Of a stretch of 64,000 bases of DNA, positions 49,269 to 58,546 are shown piece by piece. The stretch comes from a virus: positions 83,680-147,679 of IMG/VR virus record IMGVR_UViG_3300045988_100686. One strand, 5' to 3'. Numbering within the stretch: position 1 is the stretch's first letter; every line of letters begins with the position of its first letter. Position numbers and translations under genes: made by a program. Below the pieces are notes generated by a model. It saw nothing but the letters and a program-made list of their open reading frames with translations. It did not search any database and was not told where the DNA came from.

Positions 49269-50126
49269 ATGCTAAACCCGAATTTATATGCTGAACAATT
49301 AGTAGATATTAGTAACGATACAAACTTTGAGAAACTCGCGTCTTTTGTAAACTCTGGAAAGCTTTCTGCAGAAGACATGAACACTGATATCTCTGGTTTG
49401 ATTGAGAAACAAGCATATGCAGAAGACTCTACCTTTGCGGATGACATGAATCGTATGTTTTCTATTGCATCACCTATTGAAACAAAACTTTCTGCTTTGT
49501 ATGCTGAAAAATGCGCTTCTATCCTCCCTGAAGAAGTAGTTAATAGAATCAACAACGCTTGTCAAGTGTATGGCATCAATGAAGAAGTACCCGTAGTAAA
49601 TAAGGTAGCTAGCGTGCTTGATGACCCCAAAATTCTTCAAGAGATCCAGTTGTTTGATGAGCAATATGTAGACCCTGAAGAAGTTATGGAAGTAAATAAG
49701 TATGCTGGTGCAGAAGAGTATGGAACAGAGTTAGATAAATGTCTGGCCGCACGTGCATTCTATGCAGAAGAGCCTGAAGATGTAGAAGCCATTGAAGGGC
49801 TTGCAAAGATGGCTTCATCTATTGCTCCAAATGACATGGTAAATATCATTGAGGCTATTGATTCCCACCTTGGACTTGATACCCCTGCAATGCAAAATCG
49901 TGTTGGAACACCGGAGTATGCAGTTTATGAAAAAGTAGCGTCTGAAAACATGGTTAACCTTGGCGACAAGTCTGTTCCTTTTGATGTAGTATCTAACTAT
50001 CAAGACGAAATTAAAGACCTTGGTGTAGACCTTGATTGGGATGGAGAATCAGCAGATGCTTTGACTCTTCAACTAGAGAATTTGCCTTCACAAATTAAAT
50101 CTGAAATTGGAAGCTGGTGTAAATAA
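49269..50126 (+). CDS. acidic hypothetical protein (285 aa)
   Basis: ORF track. GGAGG lies upstream. Confidence 0.5.
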   Translation: MLNPNLYAEQLVDISNDTNFEKLASFVNSGKLSAEDMNTDISGLIEKQAYAEDSTFADDMNRMFSIASPIETKLSALYAEKCASILPEEVVNRINNACQVYGINEEVPVVNKVASVLDDPKILQEIQLFDEQYVDPEEVMEVNKYAGAEEYGTELDKCLAARAFYAEEPEDVEAIEGLAKMASSIAPNDMVNIIEAIDSHLGLDTPAMQNRVGTPEYAVYEKVASENMVNLGDKSVPFDVVSNYQDEIKDLGVDLDWDGESADALTLQLENLPSQIKSEIGSWCK

Positions 50127-50629
50127 TGTATGTAGGAGCTGAAATTTTTAAGCTCTATAACGCTGCAAAAAAAGAATTTCCTGATTTTGATTCCTGGGTT
50201 GCAGAAGCTGTTAGTTCTGAGTTTGGTTATGATAAACTTGGTCCACTCATGGCTGCAAAGATTTGTAAAACCACAAGAGGAACATGGGAAAAACCGGATG
50301 TTTTTGAACGGATCGTGTTAGTACTAAACGGACGCGAAGTTATTCCTGATGTTGACCAAGATGTGTCAATCAAAGAAATCGTTTTCGCAGTAAGAGTACT
50401 ACGAAAAGAATTCCCCAACGACGAGTTTAATGATTCCGTCTGTCAGTACTTTGCAGCAGAAGCGGGTGAAGAAGGAATGCTAATTCTCCCGCCTGAACTA
50501 AAAGCTGCGCAGCGTTATATGCCTGTACTATTTTTGAACAAAGAGCAACAGTCTATTCAAAATGCGTACTTAGAAGAATGCAAGGTGTATGCAGATTACA
50601 TGGAGAAGGTGTCTGGGGGTGGTAAATAA
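50126..50629 (+). CDS. hypothetical protein (167 aa)
   Basis: ORF track. ATGTAA-type coupling to neighbours. Confidence 0.5.
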   Translation: MYVGAEIFKLYNAAKKEFPDFDSWVAEAVSSEFGYDKLGPLMAAKICKTTRGTWEKPDVFERIVLVLNGREVIPDVDQDVSIKEIVFAVRVLRKEFPNDEFNDSVCQYFAAEAGEEGMLILPPELKAAQRYMPVLFLNKEQQSIQNAYLEECKVYADYMEKVSGGGK

Positions 50630-52266
50630 TGGCCGATATGGTCGATTATTCCACAATAAGTGGATCTGGTGCCTCTACTAACCTAAATAACCCAACATTC
50701 CGTTACATGATGTCAGATGCTCGCTGGCGCATGTTATATCCTGCTCCGTACTTTGATCCTATAGCGATGCAAACGCTGATGGATCCGAAGATTCTGATGC
50801 ATTGGGGTCGCTATATGTACGACTGGCAGCCAATTTTTCACGCTGCTATCAACAAAATGGTAAGTTATCCTATCACTGATTTTATCTTTGATACAGACGA
50901 CGCTAATGTTGAAAATTATTATAAAAACCTATTTGAAAAACTCAACGTGAGAAGCATTCTGGTACGTATGGGGCTAGATTATTTTGTTAGTGGCAATGCC
51001 TACTTCTCTATGATTATGCCCTTTAAGCGTATGCTGGAGTGCCCAGAGTGCAACACTGCAACTGCAGCGGACCACCCAGATATTGAGTTTAAACTACGAA
51101 ACAATCAACTAATATATACTTGTCCAAAGTGTCATAAAGAAGTTGCAGGATGCATTAAAGACACTCCCGTAACAAACCCTGAAGACATCAAGCCTATTCT
51201 ATGGGATCCACTTAATATGAAAGTTGAGTATGATGAAGTACTTGGAAATTATGAGTATTTCTATTCTCTTCCAGGAAGTGTTGCATCTAGTCTTGATAAA
51301 GCCGAAAAACGTTCTTGGTCAACATATCCGATGTACATGATTAAAGCTGCACGTCAGAAGAAGTTGATTCGACTATTCAAGGGTAAAGTACTGCACTTAC
51401 GTAGAGACTCTCACTCTTCTACATATCACAAGGGATATGGACAGTCTATTGTTTCCCCTGTTTTAAAGTATATTTTCCACTTATTGGTATTACTTCGTGC
51501 ACAAGATGCAATGGCGATTGACCAAATCATGCCTTGGACAATCATTTCACCATCCTCTAATGGCTCGGTTGATCCTAGTGGTGAACTAGATTTAGGCCAA
51601 TTCCGATCCAATCTTGAAAATGAGTATAAAGAGTGGAAATCTAATCCTCTCCGGAAATCAATCATGCCTATTCCTGTGAATGCGCAGATTGTAGGAGCTC
51701 AAGGTAAGGCACTAATGCTTACCAATGAGATTCAAGAAGTTACAAACCAGATCCTTGCTGGAATGGGAGTACCTAATGAATTTGTATATGGTGGATTACA
51801 GTGGTCTGGAGCTAATGTTTCTCTGCGTATGCTGGAAAATCAGTTCATCAATTATCGCAATATGATGCAACAGGTTATTGATTATATTGTAGATCAGTGT
51901 CACGCGTACTTTAACATGCCAAAGATCGCAGTAAGAATGCAGAGCTTCAAAATGGCTGATGATGTTGCACAGAAGGATATCCTTATGCGAATGGTTGATT
52001 CCGGAGTTATGTCTAAACATACTATGCTTAAGGAGCTTTTCCCTGGAATTGATTATGATAAAGAACAAGAATACATCAGGAAAGAACAGGCTGACGCACA
52101 GAAAGCTCAGATTGATCAACAAATGATTGCTCAAAATGCGCAAACAATGTATGGCATCCCTCCACAAATGCCTAATGACCCTAACCAGTCCCTGGGGGAT
52201 CAACAACATGGAGATCTACCAGAACAGAATCCACCGCGAGCAGAAGGAGGAAACGCTCAAGTATGA
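50629..52266 (+). CDS. hypothetical protein (545 aa) with inserted CPECN..CPKCH zinc ribbon
   Basis: ORF track. A portal assignment was considered but is unsupported. Confidence 0.55.
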   Translation: MADMVDYSTISGSGASTNLNNPTFRYMMSDARWRMLYPAPYFDPIAMQTLMDPKILMHWGRYMYDWQPIFHAAINKMVSYPITDFIFDTDDANVENYYKNLFEKLNVRSILVRMGLDYFVSGNAYFSMIMPFKRMLECPECNTATAADHPDIEFKLRNNQLIYTCPKCHKEVAGCIKDTPVTNPEDIKPILWDPLNMKVEYDEVLGNYEYFYSLPGSVASSLDKAEKRSWSTYPMYMIKAARQKKLIRLFKGKVLHLRRDSHSSTYHKGYGQSIVSPVLKYIFHLLVLLRAQDAMAIDQIMPWTIISPSSNGSVDPSGELDLGQFRSNLENEYKEWKSNPLRKSIMPIPVNAQIVGAQGKALMLTNEIQEVTNQILAGMGVPNEFVYGGLQWSGANVSLRMLENQFINYRNMMQQVIDYIVDQCHAYFNMPKIAVRMQSFKMADDVAQKDILMRMVDSGVMSKHTMLKELFPGIDYDKEQEYIRKEQADAQKAQIDQQMIAQNAQTMYGIPPQMPNDPNQSLGDQQHGDLPEQNPPRAEGGNAQV

Positions 52267-52442
52267 GTAACTGGATAATCAAAGAACTAGAGAAAAAGGC
52301 TTGGGCTGAAGCTGTCTTTCCAGAGATTGACAAATTTTATGCCAAAATGCTAGAGCGTGGCACAAGAAGATTTGTCATGACGGGAGTGCAAGAAGGCGCA
52401 ACTTACGCAAGCAAACAAAACAAGAGAAAGGATGGTAAATAA
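52263..52442 (+). CDS. small basic protein (59 aa) translationally coupled between the 545-aa gene and the RNAP gene
   Basis: ATGA overlaps the upstream stop and TAATG overlaps the RNAP start. MSNWIIKELEKKAWAEAVF... It falls below the 60-aa track cutoff. Confidence 0.4.
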   Translation: MSNWIIKELEKKAWAEAVFPEIDKFYAKMLERGTRRFVMTGVQEGATYASKQNKRKDGK

Positions 52443-55400
52443 TGTATCTTAATACAGCACAAAAATGGCAAGCCATTCTTAAAAAAGTAGAAGAAGGCGT
52501 AAAATCCATCTTCCCAATAGAGGCCAAAACCGGCAAAATTGAATTAATAAAGGTAGAAATACCAAATAATACTAATGCATCTATCTCAGCACAAAAAGAT
52601 AGACTTCTTACTGGAACCACCTTAGGCACACCAGTATATGGAACATTCAGACTTGTAAAAAATGATGGAAAGACTGAGACTAATAGAGTTAAACTTATAG
52701 ACCTGCCGATCCTTACTGATCGTGGTACATTTATTGTACAAGGTAAGGATTACTCAGTATTTAACCAAGTCCGTCTGCGTCCAGGATGTTTTGTACGTAA
52801 GACTAACGATTCCGACGAAGTTTTTGCTCAGTTCAACTTAGCTAAAGGATTAGGATTTAAGCTATACATGGATAACAATGGTGTATTCTATGTACGTTTT
52901 GATAAATCAGCGTTATCAAAGTCCTCCAAGCGTATTCCTTTGTATTCTCTGCTTCATGCACTTGGCACATCTGATGGAGAAATTCAAGGTCGCTGGGGAG
53001 ACACTGTATTTAAAAACAACGTAGCTAAATCCAGCCCAGATGACGTTAAAGCCATAATAGCTCAGTGCGTATATCCAACCAAGCGTACAGGTAATGATAA
53101 CAAGGATCTTCAAGAATACTTTAAAGGAAACATTCTCAACGAAGAAACAACCAGAGTAACACTTGGTCATGCATACCAAACTGTTACACCACAGGCCATC
53201 CTAGATGCTACTGTTAAAATGGTTCGGGTATATAATAACAAAGCAGATGAGGATGACCTAGACTCACTATTATTTAAGGAAGTTTTGGGTGTTGAAGATC
53301 ACTTGATGCTTAGAATTGAAAAGAAGGCTAAGGAAGAAGGTCTCATTTATAAGGTGATGAATAGAATTGATGCTGGGTATCCGCTGAAATCTATTATTCT
53401 ACCAAATTTCTTAACTAAGCTTATTGAAGGATTCTTTACAAAATCATCACTCTCTGCTCCACAAACAGAGATTAACCCAATCGAAATCCTAGAAACTGGT
53501 CACAAGATTACTGCAATGGGTGAAGGCGGCATTGGAAGTGACCGCGCGATTCCTATGTCTGCACGCAACCTCCATCCTTCTCACTTTGGATACCTTGATC
53601 CAGTCCGTACTACAGAATCTGAACGTGTAGGTGTTGACTTACGTACTACACTGCCAACAGTAATAAAGAACCGCAATATCTACTCTGAATTCATTGATAG
53701 ATCAGGCAAAAAAGTCATGTTAAAACCAATGGATCTTGTAGACAAAGTAATAGCATTTCCAGGGCAGGAACAAAAGCAAACTGTACGTGTACTGTTAAAT
53801 GGTCATTTAAAAGAAATGTCAAGAAATAAAGTAGACTATTGGGTTCCAAAATCCTCTAACATGTTTACTGTAACTACCAATTTGGTACCATTTCTTCATA
53901 ATGACCAAGGTAACCGTGTAACAATGGCCGGACGTATGGTTACTCAGGCAGTTCCGCTTGTACATCGTGAGGCTCCTTTGGTACAAATTCGTGACCAATC
54001 TGGTGAGTATAACACCATACAGGAACGATATGGCAAGGAGTACTTTGTTCCTAAGTCCCCAGAAGACGGTACCGTAACTGAAGTTACTAAGGACTACATT
54101 AAGGTTAACAATACTAAAGTAGAAATTTACAATAATTTCCCGCTTAACTTAAAGACATTTTTGACAATGTACCCACTCGTCAAGGTTGGTGACAAGGTTA
54201 AAAAAGGTCAAGTACTAGCTGATTCCAACTTTACTAAGGGTGGAGAGTTGGCCCTTGGAACAAACCTTAACGTAGCATATATTCCGTATAAAGGATACAC
54301 CCACGAGGACTCTATTGTAATCAGTGAATCTACAGCTAAAAAATTGACCAGCCAGCATATGTACACCTGTGAGTTTGAAACAGATGTAGACACACTGGTT
54401 GATAAAGGTGTGTTTATTAAGTGGTTTCCTACAAAAATTACACCTGCAAACATTGCTAAACTAAGTGACGACGGTGTTATTAAAAAAGATAGTAAAGTAA
54501 TCCGCGGAGATGTACTTATTGCAGGTATGCGTTATAAAACACTGACTAGCTCTGACAATATGTTGCGTAGACTTCGTGGAAACTTGGTTAACCCATATAA
54601 AGACGCTTCTGAAAAATGGGAACATGATGCTGAAGGAACTGTTGTAGAAGTAGTCCGCAAAGGAAAACTAATCCGCGTAGTAGTTGTAACAGAAGACTCT
54701 GCTAAGCGTGGTGATAAAATTTCTGGCTTACACGGCAATAAAGGTACTATCGGCCTAATCCTTCCAGATGATGAGATGCCTGTTGATAAAAATGGCAAAC
54801 CTGTTGATGCAATGTTGAACCCTGCATCTGTTCCGTCTCGTGTAAATCCAGGACAAATGTATGAAGCCTTGGAAGGTAAACGTGCACTTGCAGAGGGACA
54901 CAAGGTAGTCATTGATAACTTTGATTCAGCAGATTCTAGCAAGAAAGTATTGAATCAGTTGAAGCAAGAAGGCATAGACGTTGAAGAGACACTATATGAC
55001 CCGAAAACTAAACGTCCTCTAGGAAAAGTGTTTACTGGTACTCCGTATTTCATTAAACTGCACAAACAAACAGAAGGCAACTTCTCTAGTCTATACAGAG
55101 GTGCATACGACGCAAATAACCAGCCTATTAAAGGTGGAGAGGAAGGTTCTAAAGGTGTTGGCCAACTTGATGTTTACGCTTTACTTGGACATAATGCGAG
55201 GAACAACCTGGCAGAAATGGCTACATATAAGTCAGATAAAAACGATGATTTCTGGAACAGCCTTGAAGCTGGCATTGCTCCTGCGCCAGCAAAAGAGCCT
55301 TTTGCGTTCAAGAAGTTCAAATCGTTAGTTACCGCAGCAGGTATTGGCATAAAGTCAGATGACAACGCCATGACATTAGCTCCTCTGAATGACAAAATGA

Positions 55401-56557
55401 TCATGGATATGTCAGCAGGTGCAATACGAAAAGGTGCAATACTAGAAAACCACATGGGTAAAGACAGACCTGAATCCGGCGGTATCTTTGACCCTGTGGT
55501 TACAGGTGGTTTGAAAGGACAACAGTGGTCACATGTAAACCTAGCTGCACCTATCGTCAATCCGCTGTTTGAAGGCGTAGTAAGCACGCTTCTGCACAGG
55601 GATATATCAGGTGAAAATGGCAAAAAAATCCAAAAAGAACTTGCAGCAATAAATGTACCTAAACGTATTGGTGAAGTTAGTGCAGCTCTTAAGGTAGCAA
55701 CAGGAAGTAATCGCAACAAGCTTCTAAAAGAACTCAAGTATCTGACAGCGCTAAGAAAAGCTAACATGAACCCTGCAGACTATGTATTAACTAAATTCCC
55801 GATCATACCTCCGCAATTCCGCCCGATTTACAATTCGCAAACTGGTGGTCTTCCGATGGTAGCAGATGTTAACTACCTTTATAAAGACCTATTGAATGTA
55901 AATGAGAAACTAGAGAATATGAAAGACTACCCAGATTCTGAAAAAGGGGCATTACTCAAGGATCTTCGTCAGTCTGCACAGGCCATAGTTGGACTTATGG
56001 CTCCTGTTAACAAGCAAAATGAAAAACGTGGCGTAACAGGCTTCCTTCCTCAACTAACAGGCTCCAATTATCAAGGCCAGGGAACCAGCAAAGAGTCGTT
56101 CTTCCATAGAAAAATTTTAAAACGTCAACAAACGCTGACCGGTCGTGGCACAATCGGACCTGACCCGACGCTTAATGTTGATAATATCAAGATTCCTTGG
56201 GAAATGGCATGGAAGATTTATCAACCATTTGTTATTGCAGAGTTCCGCAAACGTGGCATCAACATCTTGAAGGCTAGAGAAGAAATCAAAAATCGCACTC
56301 CTGTAGCGAAACAACTTCTTGAGATTCAGATGAGAAAACGTCCAGTATTATTAAACCGTGCTCCGACCCTGCACAAGTATAATATTATGGCGTTTACTCC
56401 ACTTGGAACAGAAGGTAAAACAATTTATGTACCGCCTCTGGTAATCAAAGGTTTCGCAGCGGACTTTGATGGTGACTCCGTTGCTGGAGATACTCAAGTA
56501 CTAGTGCAAGATTTGCATGGAAATATTACCCTTAAACAAATAAAAGATGTAGAATAA
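52442..56557 (+). CDS. fused RNA polymerase beta + beta-prime N-terminal half, ending in a 26-aa split-intein N-fragment
   Basis: Beta motifs: TDRGTFIVQGKDYSVFNQVRLRPGCF, ISGLHGNKGTIGLILPDDEMPVD..LNPASVPSRVNPGQ and GQLDVYALLGHNARNNLAEMATYKSD. Beta-prime motifs: FPIIPPQFRP, LLNRAPTLHKYNIMAF and ADFDGD. Then comes SVAGDTQVLVQDLHGNITLKQIKDVE (intein block A) and stop. Confidence 0.85.
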   Translation: MYLNTAQKWQAILKKVEEGVKSIFPIEAKTGKIELIKVEIPNNTNASISAQKDRLLTGTTLGTPVYGTFRLVKNDGKTETNRVKLIDLPILTDRGTFIVQGKDYSVFNQVRLRPGCFVRKTNDSDEVFAQFNLAKGLGFKLYMDNNGVFYVRFDKSALSKSSKRIPLYSLLHALGTSDGEIQGRWGDTVFKNNVAKSSPDDVKAIIAQCVYPTKRTGNDNKDLQEYFKGNILNEETTRVTLGHAYQTVTPQAILDATVKMVRVYNNKADEDDLDSLLFKEVLGVEDHLMLRIEKKAKEEGLIYKVMNRIDAGYPLKSIILPNFLTKLIEGFFTKSSLSAPQTEINPIEILETGHKITAMGEGGIGSDRAIPMSARNLHPSHFGYLDPVRTTESERVGVDLRTTLPTVIKNRNIYSEFIDRSGKKVMLKPMDLVDKVIAFPGQEQKQTVRVLLNGHLKEMSRNKVDYWVPKSSNMFTVTTNLVPFLHNDQGNRVTMAGRMVTQAVPLVHREAPLVQIRDQSGEYNTIQERYGKEYFVPKSPEDGTVTEVTKDYIKVNNTKVEIYNNFPLNLKTFLTMYPLVKVGDKVKKGQVLADSNFTKGGELALGTNLNVAYIPYKGYTHEDSIVISESTAKKLTSQHMYTCEFETDVDTLVDKGVFIKWFPTKITPANIAKLSDDGVIKKDSKVIRGDVLIAGMRYKTLTSSDNMLRRLRGNLVNPYKDASEKWEHDAEGTVVEVVRKGKLIRVVVVTEDSAKRGDKISGLHGNKGTIGLILPDDEMPVDKNGKPVDAMLNPASVPSRVNPGQMYEALEGKRALAEGHKVVIDNFDSADSSKKVLNQLKQEGIDVEETLYDPKTKRPLGKVFTGTPYFIKLHKQTEGNFSSLYRGAYDANNQPIKGGEEGSKGVGQLDVYALLGHNARNNLAEMATYKSDKNDDFWNSLEAGIAPAPAKEPFAFKKFKSLVTAAGIGIKSDDNAMTLAPLNDKMIMDMSAGAIRKGAILENHMGKDRPESGGIFDPVVTGGLKGQQWSHVNLAAPIVNPLFEGVVSTLLHRDISGENGKKIQKELAAINVPKRIGEVSAALKVATGSNRNKLLKELKYLTALRKANMNPADYVLTKFPIIPPQFRPIYNSQTGGLPMVADVNYLYKDLLNVNEKLENMKDYPDSEKGALLKDLRQSAQAIVGLMAPVNKQNEKRGVTGFLPQLTGSNYQGQGTSKESFFHRKILKRQQTLTGRGTIGPDPTLNVDNIKIPWEMAWKIYQPFVIAEFRKRGINILKAREEIKNRTPVAKQLLEIQMRKRPVLLNRAPTLHKYNIMAFTPLGTEGKTIYVPPLVIKGFAADFDGDSVAGDTQVLVQDLHGNITLKQIKDVE
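56477..56554 (+). other. split intein N-fragment (block A only; Ser1)
   Basis: SVAGDTQVLV fits block A C/S-[LV]-[AS]-x-D-T-x-V directly after NADFDGD. Confidence 0.65.
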
Positions 56558-56567
56558 CTTTATTGCT

Positions 56568-56596
56568 CCCCTAGGATTAACCTAGGGGATTTTTCT
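56568..56596 (+). terminator. rho-independent terminator after the RNAP gene
   Basis: The arms cccctagg and cctagggg flank an attaa loop, followed by aTTTTTc. Confidence 0.7.
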
Positions 56597-56606
56597 TATC
56601 CAAATT

Positions 56607-56650
56607 TGGTATAAGTAATATGTAGTACAGACATTTACGTCTGTTTTTTA
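56607..56650 (+). promoter_or_regulatory. TGGTATAAGTAATATGTAG element followed by a hairpin (acagac/gtctgt) and T6
   Basis: Second copy of the conserved extended -10-like motif. The hairpin plus U-run also behaves as a tandem terminator. Confidence 0.45.
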
Positions 56651-56717
56651 ATAAACTGTAGCAGAGTTTATCTATACTACAAAATTTAGAGAATAATAAG
56701 ACACTGGAGGGTTAAAG

Positions 56718-56906
56718 ATGAAGACAATAACTTTACAATTCAATAACAGTGGAAACCAAGTGGTTAGCAATGTGTTACAAAAGGACGAAACTACTGAAAT
56801 GTATGCAAATGGCTGTAAATACTGCGGATTTCAAGAAATCCAAGGCAAAATCCTGGTTTTAGAGTCAAAATACGGTAAAATTGTAAAAATCGTCTTAAAT
56901 GAGTGA
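56718..56906 (+). CDS. small protein (62 aa) with C-x2-C pair
   Basis: ORF track. GGAGGG lies upstream. Confidence 0.4.
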   Translation: MKTITLQFNNSGNQVVSNVLQKDETTEMYANGCKYCGFQEIQGKILVLESKYGKIVKIVLNE

Positions 56907-56916
56907 AAAAAGTACA

Positions 56917-57017
56917 AAAGTTGTGGGATAAGTATGGTGTAGAAAAGATTTAGTCCATTTCTACAAAAATTTAATTGTCTATCACACGACGTAAAACTGT
57001 GAGAAAGAGGTTTTATC
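56917..57017 (+). repeat. about 100-nt intergenic repeat, copy 1 (GTGGGATAAGTATGGTGTAGAA-hairpin-AATTGTCTATCACACGACGTAAAACTGTGAGAAAGAGG)
   Basis: About 90% identical to 58446..58546. Each copy ends at the RBS/ATG of a small membrane-protein gene. Confidence 0.7.
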
Positions 57018-57230
57018 ATGGAAATGAACGAAATGAACAATGTAGTGGGTTCTGTAGAGATGAGCACTCCTGTTGTAGCACAAGATACCTCTGTGTCTAA
57101 TACTGGCATCAATCTGAAAACTGTAGGCCTGGCGGGTCTGGCAGCTGTAGTCGCTGGTGCAGCTTTGTACTACGGTTACAAAAAGTACAAAGATCATAAA
57201 GCTACAGCAACAGCAGAAGAATCCAAATAA
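57018..57230 (+). CDS. small single-pass membrane protein (70 aa), Met/acidic N-terminus, TM, YGYKKYK tail
   Basis: Paralog of 58928..59137 (GLAGLAAVVAGAALYYGYKKYKDHK vs LIGFIVGAAAAYGYHKYKQRK). Confidence 0.5.
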   Translation: MEMNEMNNVVGSVEMSTPVVAQDTSVSNTGINLKTVGLAGLAAVVAGAALYYGYKKYKDHKATATAEESK

Positions 57231-57236
57231 TCTTTT

Positions 57237-57313
57237 GTCCTGAGCATGACGTTAAAAGGCTCAAAGTGATTCGTCTATCACACGACGTAAAATTGTGAGA
57301 AAGAAGGTTTACT
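57237..57313 (+). repeat. intergenic repeat family 2, copy 1 (GTCCTGAGCATGACGTTAAAAGGCTCAA ... TCTATCACACGACGTAAAATTGTGAGAAAGAAGG)
   Basis: The 28-nt core is identical at 57537..57564. The leader half is shared with family 1. Confidence 0.6.
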
Positions 57314-57526
57314 ATGAAAACTATTCAAACTGCCTTATTCAATATGCTAATGTGGTTGGCAACATGCAAAACCTATATGAGAATTATGTTTGTGGTTTCC
57401 TTGGTGTGGAACATCGTGATCCTGCCAGTACATATGATTTTCGCTGTTGCATCCCGTCATCCAAAAACATATTTTCAGAACCTCTGGTGGTCTGTAAAAA
57501 CCACCTGGGAGTGGTTCGTTCGCTAG
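57314..57526 (+). CDS. small membrane protein (70 aa)
   Basis: ORF track. The RBS is gagaaagaagg. The protein is hydrophobic. Confidence 0.45.
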   Translation: MKTIQTALFNMLMWLATCKTYMRIMFVVSLVWNIVILPVHMIFAVASRHPKTYFQNLWWSVKTTWEWFVR

Positions 57527-57617
57527 TATTCTCTCGTCCTGAGCATGACGTTAAAAGGCTCAATTATTTTTTTAGTGTCAAGCTCGTGACGAAAACTAGA
57601 GCGTAGGAGGTAATATT

Positions 57618-57740
57618 ATGTATTTAATTGGTTGTATTTTAAAAGGATTAGTAAGTATCGTCACAATGCTAACTATAATGGTTGGCTGTATTGGGATAAT
57701 CCTAGGCATATTACTGACCAAGATACTCCTTGGATGTTAA
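57618..57740 (+). CDS. 40-aa hydrophobic peptide
   Basis: AGGAGG lies 7 nt upstream. MYLIGCILKGLVSIVTMLTIMVGCIGIILGILLTKILLGC. Confidence 0.4.
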   Translation: MYLIGCILKGLVSIVTMLTIMVGCIGIILGILLTKILLGC

Positions 57741-57759
57741 TACACAGGAGGAATAACTC

Positions 57760-57879
57760 ATGTACTTAGTAGTAAGCTTAACAGGGTTAGCTACGTTGCT
57801 TTCCCTGCTTTCAGGATTTTTACAAGGTTTAATTGTTTTTGGCCTTGTGTTCATACTTGTTTATATAAATTTGGAATAA
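57760..57879 (+). CDS. 39-aa hydrophobic peptide
   Basis: AGGAGG lies 9 nt upstream. MYLVVSLTGLATLLSLLSGFLQGLIVFGLVFILVYINLE. Confidence 0.4.
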   Translation: MYLVVSLTGLATLLSLLSGFLQGLIVFGLVFILVYINLE

Positions 57880-57906
57880 GATTGAGAAGGGAGGTATATC
57901 GTAGTT

Positions 57907-58113
57907 ATGACTATTGGACCCACCTCTGCATATGCCTTTAGCAATAAAGGAAATATAATTAGACTAATTAGGACCAGCAGAAAATCCATGGATGAATTTC
58001 AACATCAATGGATGCTGGTCCTCTATAAGGATGGTGCCCCTATAAAATATAAGGGGTTTACAATGAAATCCTCTGCTCTGCGTGTTTTAGAGGAATGGAA
58101 GGAAGAATATTAA
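57907..58113 (+). CDS. small hypothetical protein (68 aa)
   Basis: ORF track. GAAGGGAGG lies upstream. Confidence 0.45.
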   Translation: MTIGPTSAYAFSNKGNIIRLIRTSRKSMDEFQHQWMLVLYKDGAPIKYKGFTMKSSALRVLEEWKEEY

Positions 58114-58155
58114 TGTCTAGCTCATGACATTAAATTGAGCAGAAAGGAAACAAAA

Positions 58156-58470
58156 ATGGCTGAAATAACAACAAAAGTAAACCTTACTGGACTCCCAATT
58201 GATATCCTTAAATTTTATCGCGGTACTACATTAATCTGCAGCATGTACACCATTAAAGATCCGAAGAAGCAAAAGGAATACTTTACTTACTCTGGAGATG
58301 GAGATGTTAATGCTTTTCCAGTAGTTTCTAGAAGAACATCTACTAAAATCACATCTGGCGAAGGTACACTGTTGTATGGTAAGTACCTTACGTCTGGTGA
58401 ATTTATCATGGAAAACGGGGATGTCTTTTCCAAAAAAATCCTGCAAACTTGTGGGATAAGTATGGTGTAG
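58156..58470 (+). CDS. hypothetical protein (about 104 aa; start chosen at MAEITTK)
   Basis: AAAGGAAACAAAA lies before ATG 58156. The track gives an alternative start at 58135. Confidence 0.45.
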   Translation: MAEITTKVNLTGLPIDILKFYRGTTLICSMYTIKDPKKQKEYFTYSGDGDVNAFPVVSRRTSTKITSGEGTLLYGKYLTSGEFIMENGDVFSKKILQTCGISMV

Positions 58471-58546
58471 AAGAAATTTAGTTGTTTCTCTACAAAAATT
58501 TAATTGTCTATCACACGACGTAAACTTGTGAGAAAGAGGTACTAAC
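58446..58546 (+). repeat. about 100-nt intergenic repeat, copy 2
   Basis: See 56917..57017. Confidence 0.7.

Noticed and set aside
50629-52266. Portal protein assignment for the 545-aa ORF
   Set aside because: It is not adjacent to terL and has no recognisable portal motifs, and the zinc-ribbon insert is uninformative. It is kept as hypothetical.
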